Source: a virus
Lineage: Duplodnaviria > Caudoviricetes
IMG/VR virus record: IMGVR_UViG_3300017728_000004
Coordinates: 1 to 62,607 of that record
Direction: 5' to 3' (one strand)
Length of the DNA stretch: 62,607 nt
Part shown: positions 57,201 to 62,607 of the stretch, piece after piece
How the letters are laid out: the number at the start of each line of letters is the position of its first letter
How positions within the stretch are numbered: the first letter of the stretch is position 1
Position numbers and translations under genes: made by a program
Notes under the pieces: generated by a model
The model's database searches: none
Told to the model about the DNA's origin: nothing
What the model saw: only the letters and a program-made list of their open reading frames with translations

Positions 57201-60200
57201 CGACAAAAGCAGTTGGACCTATTTCAGATATTAGAATCGTCAATGCTGGCGGTTTCTACTCCAGACTTCCTATTGTAACGGGCATTCAATCTTCTCGTAA
57301 AATTGAAAGAGTTGCTATCAACGAACCTGGTACTGAATACACTGTTGGTACTTACAATGCTGTTCCTATCGGTGGAGATGGTGAAGGTGGTTTAGTCTCT
57401 ATTACTGTCGCAGATGGAACAGATGACGAGGGTGTTTCAATTCCTGGTCAGGTACAAGAAGTTGTCGTTACTTCTCCTGGTAAAGGATATACAACAGCAA
57501 CAATTGATCTTGAAGCAATTGAGGGCATTCTTGGTGCTGGATTGACTGGATCTGGTGCTGAATTGGAAGTTGTTATTCCACCTTTCGGCATAGGTGCTTC
57601 TATCTTCACCAAAGGCGATAAAGTTGGTAAGATTAAGAAACTTAAGAACAACAACTTTGGTTATGATTATCCTCATGACTATACACTCCGTCCTGAGATC
57701 ACATTCCCGATCAACGCACAATTAACATCTACTAGTATTCTTGACAGTATTACTGTTACTAATCCTGGTTCTGGTTATTCACAAGCACCTGCTGTTGTTA
57801 TCACAGGTGGTGGTGGTACTGGCGCTATTGCTGAAGCATCAATTAGAAACGGTCGTATTGATCAGATCTTAGTGAAAGATCCTGGTGCAGGATATTCTTC
57901 TGAACCAACTGTTTCTTTGAAGTCTTCTTTCAACTATGTTGTTAACCTTGACTTGGGTCTTCTACAGTTTGCTTTCCCTCACGGAATTGTAAATGGATCG
58001 GAAGTTACTCTTAGTGTAACTGATACTGGAGATGGTGCTGATTTCCCTCTGGCAGCAGGTGCTTTGGGTAGATTGAATTCTACTACAACTTATTTTGCAA
58101 TCACAGGTTCTGCAAACTCTCTAGAAGATGATCAGTTAAAACTTGCAATTACTGCTGCTAACGCAGAACTTGGTGATTCAATCAGTTATGCTAACACTGG
58201 TGTTGGCAGACAATCATTACTAACCGAATCTTTTGGTGCTGCTGCATCTGCAAACGTTATCACTTCTACTTTCCTTGAAGGTGAGTTGGTTTATCAAGGT
58301 GATACACTTGAGACTGCAACTGCGACTGGTTATGTCTCTACTAACAGTGGTTGGCAGGTTGGTCCTAGAGTTCTTAAGATTGTTGATTACACTGGTGATT
58401 TCGCAAGCAATCAAAGAGTAACTGGTGTAATTTCTAAATCTTCTGGTATCATCAGCGATCTTAAGATTGCAAAGGGTGTTCTAGAGATTGGTTCTATCAC
58501 TAAGACCACAGGTCAGTTTATTGATGACGTTGGTAAGCCTTCGGAAATCATTCAGAAGATCCAAGACTCTTACTATTATCAGGACTTCTCTTACGCTGTT
58601 AAGTCTTCTGTTTCTATCGATGACTGGAAGGACATCTTAATCAAGAACGTTCATCCTGCTTCGTTCAAAGTATTTGGTGAGTTGAATCTGAATGAGTATG
58701 GTTCAATTCCCAACAAGATCACTGACTTCCAGTTAACTAAGTCTGTTGAACTTGCAAGAGAGTCCATTGTTCCTAACATTCAAAGTTTCTCTCTGGTTGA
58801 ACCTGTATATTCTGAGTTTAACAATACTGAGGTTCTTTTCCGTCAGAAGAGACTAACTTCCTCTGAGAATATTTTGACCTCTGTTGTACAGCGTATTGAT
58901 AATATCTCAAACTTGTTTGATGGCGAAAGAATTTCGTTCCCTCTGACGGTTTCTGGTAACAACGTTGTTGCTAACTCCAATCAGTTGATGATCGTCTTGA
59001 ATGGTGTTGCTCAAACTCCTAACACATCATTTGAGGTTCAAGGTGATTCGATTGTATTCAGCGAACCCCCTTCACCTCCTGCAAGTGTCAAGTATGTCAA
59101 TGTAACTATTGATCAAATTAATAATGTTAGTTTTGCATTCACTAATCAAAGTGGTATCTTCCCTTATGTGGGTGACACTCTGATTGGGGTATCTTCTACA
59201 GCAAGATTAACTGTAACTAAAGTCCTTGGTGATGTCATTCAAGGTTATGTAACTGAAGGAACGTTTATTATTGGAGAACTTTGCACAGTTGGTGCAACTG
59301 GATTCTCTGCTAACTTGGCAACTAATACTGCAATCACTAACATTGGATTGTTCGCTTTTGGTGAGACGGTTACTAATCTCCAAGGTGATACTGCTAAAGT
59401 TGAGCAAATCAACCTGCAAAGCGGTCAAGAAACACCTCTTGCTAAATTACGTTATACCATTGGTGCAGCAACTGCTAGTGTCGAAGTTGTAGCAATTGCT
59501 GATGTAGATGCACCTGTCCCTGCAGGCACATTTACCCAAGGTCAAAAGTATCAGTTCGGATCTGAAATCTTTACTGTTAATACTATCACTGATGGATCAG
59601 ATTCCACAACTCTGGGTCTGACTAGAGGCGAGGATGGTACTCAAGCAGTAGCACAACAGGAAGACATTCCTATCTACGGAACTCAAATTTCTGTCACTGA
59701 TGCTCTTACTCTGAGTAAGACTGCTGGTACATACAAATCAACACCTGGTCTATACGATATCGAACTCAATGATGTCATTATTGGGGCATCTTCAGGTGTT
59801 GTTGCTCGAATTACCTCTACATCAGCATATCAAGATCCCGTAACTCAAGAGTTCATTGGACAGGTTAATATCTCTGAGGGTTCTTCCTTCTTCGGTCTTC
59901 TGTTCAACAGAATTACATCTCAGACTTATCCAAATATTGTCTTGGATGATATTTCCAAATCAACTGTAAGTATTGTTGATTTCACTGATAATGCTACTGC
60001 ATTCGATATTCGCTTCCCATCAAATGAACTGATTAACAACTTTGTCATTCCTTATGACACTGCATCAGGTGCTTTACAGCAAGACGAATATATTCGCAAC
60101 TACAAATTAGAGTATGGTAGTTCTAGTGCTGACTTCTTTGCAAATGAAGGTGGTAAGACTAGAAAGTTAACTTTCACTGATAGTGTAGGTAGTGGATTCT

Positions 60201-62607
60201 TTAACGCTGGTCAAGTAATCAGAACCGCTGATACAAAGGCAGAGGTTATTGGTTATAATCAGGCAAGAAGAACTCTTTATCTTGGTAAGATTGGTAGAAC
60301 TCAATCTACAGGTCAAGACTATCATTCAGCAACCTTTACTGCTGGAGCTTCTCTCAATACTTACAATGAGAGATATGGAACGGCATGTTTATCACTTTCT
60401 CGTGGTACTGCTCCTCATACTTTTGTTAGTGGTGTTACTAATGCAATCACTGCATCTGTTGGTGCAAGTGGGACATTCACTGCTGCAACAGGAACAACTT
60501 ATGAACCTCTTTCTGGACTCTTAGTCCTTGAGATTGGAACTCACTCCTTGACCACCAGCAATAAAGTAACTATTGCCGATAATGGTGTCGTATTCACTTG
60601 TGCTTCAGATAATAACACCAATAACTATGCATATCCTCGTTCTGGTGATCCTGCATCTGGTCAAGCACTTACAATCACAGGAACCACTTCAACCACAATT
60701 ACGGTTAACGTTGGAGCAGTTCCTGTTGATGAGTATATTAGTTATGCCACCTCTACCGAATTTGGTTTTGGAACAGGTGCATTTACGGTCGAACTTTGGG
60801 TTAATCCTATTTCTGTTTCTGCAGGAAGCAAGTCACTCTTTGACTTTAGAACAGCAGCAACCGAACTGTCACCCTATCTGTATCTTGATGGTGCAAACCT
60901 AAAATACTACAATAATGGTAGTGTTACAATCACTGGTACAACAAACTTAGTTGCTGGAACTTGGTATCATGTTGCCATCAGCAGAAGCGGTAGTACAACT
61001 AAAATGTTCCTCAATGGAACACAAGAGGGTGGTGATTACAGTGACGCTAGTGATTATGGATCCACAAAACCAATTAGAATTGGTGCTGCTTATGACGCCA
61101 CTGCAGTATTGCCTGGTTATGTCGATGAGTTCCGTGTTTCCAATAATGCTCGTTACACTGGTACATTCACTGCACCTGCAGGTATCTTCCAAGGTGATGC
61201 TAATACAAAACTACTTCTCCATATGGATGGTGAAGATGGTCAAACTTATGTTGATGATTGGTCTGGCACCGAAGGATTTACTAAGGGTGAAGACTTCAAT
61301 AACGGTGCAATTCTTGCAACATCTAGACTTACAGGAGCACCTGCTGGATTCGCTGGTAGGTCTCAAAGATACTATGATGCTGCGAACCTGATTGAACTCA
61401 ACAAAGATTATATTGCTAAGGAAACAGTCTATCTATTGACTCAGCAATATCCATCATTGACAATTCCTGGTGGTAATGTCAATTGTGAAGATGATATTCG
61501 CGATATCTTATCTGCGATTATCGAAGATCTTCGCAATGGTTCTAATAGTCATCTATGGGATGCTGCAGCATTGTATGTCGATAGAACAACTGTTCCTATC
61601 ACTATCAGTCATGTTGATACTGAGATTACTGAAACCTTATGGGCATATGAAAAAGTTGATGATATTCTCCAGTACATCATTAATAATACTCTTTGGACAA
61701 CTGCTGGTTCTCATGGATTGACGCAGAGAACTGATACTACAATTACAGATTCTTCTACGTCATCTCTGACTAAATTTACACCTGTTGCACCAACAACATA
61801 TGCTGAGGATACAGGTCTGCTGACTCTATCCATTGGATCTCATTCACTAACAACAGCATCAAGAGTTTCTCTAGCAAGAGAATCAATTATATTCACTTGT
61901 GCTGATGATGGTAATGATCGTCAAATCGCTTATCCTGATCCTGGTAATGCAACTGCATATGATCAAGTTCTAGCAGTAGAAGCAGTCACTGCAACAACAA
62001 TCACTGTTAATGTTGGAGCATCTCCTGCTGGTCAGCAATATGCACACACATTCGTAAGTGCTGCAGCAAATGCAGTCACTGAACTGGATTACACGACAGG
62101 AGATTGTGCAGATGTTTATAGCACAATCGGTAACCTGATTGACATCCTTACTGATACGCTCACCAATGCAAATCTGAGTTCTCCTGTCGATCATTTAGCA
62201 AGTGTAACTAAGGTTGCTCCAGTATTTGAATTCCAGGGTGGTACAGTTAATGCATACCTAGAAACCGACTTTACAGTTAACTATCAAGACACTGTAAATG
62301 ATCTGATTTATACCAATCAAATTGATGGTGACGGTCAGTATAGATTTAGAGATGCCGCTGGATTGATTCGTGCTAACCGCACACCTATCGTAGATAAAGC
62401 AGCAGCAGATATGATCACAAGATATCCTGATCTCGCTCAGGATATGCCTAGAAACCAAAGTGGTGGTAGTACTGATGGTACTATTCGTTGTAAAACTGAC
62501 CTAGGACAAATTCTGGATGCGCTCGCGAATGATATTGAAAATGGTGGTAATAGAAATACCGTCACTGCTGGTAACTTCTATGTCGGTGCTAGTGGAGAAC
62601 TACAGCA
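48212..62607 (+). CDS. gp7: Giant baseplate wedge initiator-like protein (gp7-like), 3'-truncated, at least 4798 codons
   Basis: ATG 48212 MNINKVSQSIASQTPDFI..EYPLF.KFIEYYY.SQE directly after gp6; KDFYSSKGT and IQDSYYYQDFSYAVKS...VHPA motifs. No ORF in this frame appears in the track, consistent with no stop before the window end. Contains YHYH-like, LamG-like and helical repeat domains. Confidence 0.88.
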   Translation, partial: MNINKVSQSIASQTPDFIGSEYPLFNKFIEYYYRSQEKTGLGQNIVNNFLQYLDIDKLDIGILDGSTKVVEEITATSDTIVVESVDQFLDANGSILIGDEVIYYESTTTSPNIALTPGISYEQVKLKWTPLAQIIDSFDGTTRSFPLTSQANPIGPPTAQHIIVSLYGDVLIPNTDYTISGTNIVFTNPPRSRIASDDNSSTYITFLSGFIENTIVGIDNISNSFGEGKTEFKLTRNGVKYEPIVDEYLVAVYDNELLVPKVDYFLDGDIFIFNTAPLNGRFLSLYSIEAPIPSFGSGAVGYARIDNLGQLTSISINENGSGYRFQYPPKVNISSVKSGAGANATALVNGIKSSTLLSGGKGYSDTNPPTVVIENPTVAGSKLAELKATVTDGTITAVNIVDSGSGYTFTPRVTFRQPGGAILGAPTISSGSISGTVTVIDGGQGYTTAPTIYVDEPLGDNPIRANIQAVLTNGVITGTNVLNAGQGYTSVPRVAVIDPTGAQVLQTQVDGDGRVIGIEILSGGNGFDDVPSVYIVDNRPNGGIGATATASIFNGRITDINVTNFGSGYSAATPPSVVIQAPPQAEASVEIGLNEITGFSINKSGKEYSKAQFIGCARAASGVTSYTESGNAVFSNDTMAMPAAASANVKCLDALFVKRLLDKYTEQFLPDVPELDYKKIDVRTAIKSVKDFYSSKGTSFSVAYLFKLLYGEQISISYPKDQIIKPSSATWSIDTILRATLVSGDPTNIKDGLLTQEADIADPNIRAASALVENYISIKTSEVEIFELVLSEETIVGSFTVPYKTKLAEPLGIEDNVITVDSTIGWPERNGEFVIGSSEVVQYKEKSLNQFIECTRSVNNIVEDWDSATPVASNFTVFINRGTAQEVVLNVVGIVDAQQTTLTDTGSYYLSGDKLTVSKLGGTSTKPELRTWLYNVKKLIEVSSVTFGGINNRFATITCSNAHGLLVGDQVTVYGANPIIYNGSFFVTSRDSETIFQYQLPQPATVIPQGNILVSVDLNKGKSDNIAVLNSIGPYTTNVQNSFFNDDSVYVASTGIPNYAIGPFPGSALLPGNQRKLNRFPLNPLTISTKSSISPGPVGTWVNGVSIWSYKSDIAKTFGPVTSIGITDAGSDYDAASPPTITISGGGGTGATASVVVDGSITSITVDASGSNYTSSPLVSIVGGGGSGAAATAIITKGVVSRILMNSGGTGYTSQPSITIVGGGGTGATATASVRGPIKSIGVDEGGASYTSQPDVSLSSGSGAVAQAIVSNGRIISIAIISAGSGYTTAPEVTIQGDGFGALARATIDTDGENAGRVTAIEILNRGINYVQGTTIINLTSVGNNATFSSNVFQWTYNLEQTTTFDAAKGAVFAGFNNQYGGEYAHLANPQKLRYILGDNLFVNTNGETLEQEDQLTHSPIIGWAFDGNPIYGPYGYTDPTDQASAISRLDTSYRLKTNLVYNETTNPYPVRTAGPLLTEETAGKFIEDYEYVFGLGDLDQYNGRFCKTPNFPEGVYCYFVTIDTTENGNALFPYVTGPDFNSVVDSWNLNKDAVQQNIPTGVVRYRDPYENVDIDVERAPNASTNALTTEGGEILLFDIEDENRDGIIDAAETADPDQLFEESPLQLFDYFPSVRFDSKVDIEVETITKFEDAAVTGFTVENPGKSYQVNDILTFDNSGTEGIGVSARVSRITGETIQSYGFETVNDKNYGVVQTTVPHNITAGDTVFVDYSPVMDNTNKQFIVRQLKGIEELVIEQSGSGYDDQIPPTIIIDGDGESASLEAVVTTVGSIDNVNIINSGSGYTKNPRVILSHPQVFKKADYYVSTIANQNYVKVNDAIVNGDKELFVCGKTLDNNSNEVAFIAKFSALGVKEWENSLESQTGQTYTEFLKLDVSGNNIWVVGENKPNATILAAYNPDIILAKYTQADDGLSATLNFQKGYAGISGSTRADKVTAIKRYSDTRYIIGGYTNTNSANPYDAFIASIDSTGNFAAKRKISTSSKSEKLLDLIVLDDAVYFVLETADSDSATDIKLSFGKAQIGTSAITIDWIKEINNSLYSFLNVSLVSDEFNECYINATLRLKSDNTTKDSFWVGKFDTTGEVLWNYRYVAPAGESVEVAQKGVIDIFGDLNVAFTRTNNTTLYKTVDTVKIGYDGKIKSHTNNEFNKNNIEGISVHALTVDNSGDVYALGQTSWNRNEFILEFTSGATTDTCDHYTPTYTGTAGAIQYLANAAYLPGYQTASPSSWENANITIPAAQLGTKLNDDWTCEFMVYKNGSEYNDFSQTQVTLMAIGDATVSTGGLWLYYDLSSGKLELVVTNNTTSINSAGSALQSVSTTMYADNNWQFVGLTKSGNTFTGYVNGIQVFTGTIADTSLGNKDMFFGNIPGRNTTLGDFRSNEQFQGYFDNIRLRNRLVTPTVPSEVSALPTSGGYGLAFSWVDTAWFTTNMNRYDYIDYIGWALKTDKNSDSARIGDQGVKTNTGVGFARTTVTPVTGSTLTVTNVGLALGDAGLQTLDFDDATITLAQDTEALTYAVDDWSSRTSTVPSPGSQKLKVTAVVRNRYYIKVTNTVKIDNVQELTINQPFAFTVGSKLRLNSDSGSFINSGYILRIDRTNNKVYVAVNNNAWSDDLNTGNLLTEQFAEQSTYGITGPVPQDVNIITDYIFEKIDNTTPGTFDIDLDKYNLDNTYNAGGGQNLDSFAKFKPFNTDFYGVKIEEVSGSSTFIVGSVVNISASDISFNAAYTTAQITNLTGVLKITLVATLDKTLQCTAVANTDEVYVITNDKHYLSVGENISVDGNPSQESGGVTYDEYDGSFIVDSVVSSKEFTYKLSAAAITAPAVSAGSVSVFGKSPVLKMYYGHQYLFDLSHSSMAGANLSFSKDNLFKLEYSFNSIERIGTPGLTGEGQPTPTVKLKVGRGTVTNISYYFDPSRTGSESPIADGSYLDIVDSPYLGTFTITDTSGGTITTGDTIYKFLLPDEPEGVATVSQSSYSTSSTKAVGPISDIRIVNAGGFYSRLPIVTGIQSSRKIERVAINEPGTEYTVGTYNAVPIGGDGEGGLVSITVADGTDDEGVSIPGQVQEVVVTSPGKGYTTATIDLEAIEGILGAGLTGSGAELEVVIPPFGIGASIFTKGDKVGKIKKLKNNNFGYDYPHDYTLRPEITFPINAQLTSTSILDSITVTNPGSGYSQAPAVVITGGGGTGAIAEASIRNGRIDQILVKDPGAGYSSEPTVSLKSSFNYVVNLDLGLLQFAFPHGIVNGSEVTLSVTDTGDGADFPLAAGALGRLNSTTTYFAITGSANSLEDDQLKLAITAANAELGDSISYANTGVGRQSLLTESFGAAASANVITSTFLEGELVYQGDTLETATATGYVSTNSGWQVGPRVLKIVDYTGDFASNQRVTGVISKSSGIISDLKIAKGVLEIGSITKTTGQFIDDVGKPSEIIQKIQDSYYYQDFSYAVKSSVSIDDWKDILIKNVHPASFKVFGELNLNEYGSIPNKITDFQLTKSVELARESIVPNIQSFSLVEPVYSEFNNTEVLFRQKRLTSSENILTSVVQRIDNISNLFDGERISFPLTVSGNNVVANSNQLMIVLNGVAQTPNTSFEVQGDSIVFSEPPSPPASVKYVNVTIDQINNVSFAFTNQSGIFPYVGDTLIGVSSTARLTVTKVLGDVIQGYVTEGTFIIGELCTVGATGFSANLATNTAITNIGLFAFGETVTNLQGDTAKVEQINLQSGQETPLAKLRYTIGAATASVEVVAIADVDAPVPAGTFTQGQKYQFGSEIFTVNTITDGSDSTTLGLTRGEDGTQAVAQQEDIPIYGTQISVTDALTLSKTAGTYKSTPGLYDIELNDVIIGASSGVVARITSTSAYQDPVTQEFIGQVNISEGSSFFGLLFNRITSQTYPNIVLDDISKSTVSIVDFTDNATAFDIRFPSNELINNFVIPYDTASGALQQDEYIRNYKLEYGSSSADFFANEGGKTRKLTFTDSVGSGFFNAGQVIRTADTKAEVIGYNQARRTLYLGKIGRTQSTGQDYHSATFTAGASLNTYNERYGTACLSLSRGTAPHTFVSGVTNAITASVGASGTFTAATGTTYEPLSGLLVLEIGTHSLTTSNKVTIADNGVVFTCASDNNTNNYAYPRSGDPASGQALTITGTTSTTITVNVGAVPVDEYISYATSTEFGFGTGAFTVELWVNPISVSAGSKSLFDFRTAATELSPYLYLDGANLKYYNNGSVTITGTTNLVAGTWYHVAISRSGSTTKMFLNGTQEGGDYSDASDYGSTKPIRIGAAYDATAVLPGYVDEFRVSNNARYTGTFTAPAGIFQGDANTKLLLHMDGEDGQTYVDDWSGTEGFTKGEDFNNGAILATSRLTGAPAGFAGRSQRYYDAANLIELNKDYIAKETVYLLTQQYPSLTIPGGNVNCEDDIRDILSAIIEDLRNGSNSHLWDAAALYVDRTTVPITISHVDTEITETLWAYEKVDDILQYIINNTLWTTAGSHGLTQRTDTTITDSSTSSLTKFTPVAPTTYAEDTGLLTLSIGSHSLTTASRVSLARESIIFTCADDGNDRQIAYPDPGNATAYDQVLAVEAVTATTITVNVGASPAGQQYAHTFVSAAANAVTELDYTTGDCADVYSTIGNLIDILTDTLTNANLSSPVDHLASVTKVAPVFEFQGGTVNAYLETDFTVNYQDTVNDLIYTNQIDGDGQYRFRDAAGLIRANRTPIVDKAAADMITRYPDLAQDMPRNQSGGSTDGTIRCKTDLGQILDALANDIENGGNRNTVTAGNFYVGASGELQ

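Noticed and set aside
48212-62607. Apparent gene desert with many short ORFs in the track
   Set aside because: These are shadow ORFs of a single giant + strand CDS that lacks a stop within the window.

Overview
A 62.6 kb segment of a T4-like marine cyanophage (cyanomyovirus) genome; every credible gene is on the + strand. Layout: (1) 1-12447, tail/baseplate-hub genes (two large virion proteins, one with two peptidoglycan-hydrolase-like domains, a gp27-like hub and gp5), interrupted by an accessory block (CP12, T-type bilin lyase CpeT, tRNA-Val, HExxH protein, cupin, 2OG-Fe(II) oxygenases). (2) 12449-16359, small ORFs, tRNA-Leu, tRNA-Asn and more 2OG-Fe(II) oxygenases. (3) 16395-29926, late structural genes ending in a tandem array of seven paralogues with a shared N-terminal module and variable tips. 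(4) 29927-40740, an early region built from repeated palindrome-plus-promoter modules, including a coupled HicA-like / nuclease / DNA methyltransferase / ParB-like cassette and an SF2 helicase. (5) 40750-41450, a largely non-coding stretch with cyanobacterial-type DnaA boxes and strong sigma70 promoters. (6) 42072-end, baseplate genes (PAAR, gp25, gp6) and a giant gp7-like ORF of at least 4798 codons that the ORF track misses. The two most striking observations are phycobiliprotein-like helical repeats in the giant virion protein, with cysteines at positions equivalent to both beta-subunit bilin sites and a T-type bilin lyase in the same genome, and the phage-borne toxin/R-M/ParB cassette. All family calls come from motif recognition by eye; no database searches were run.
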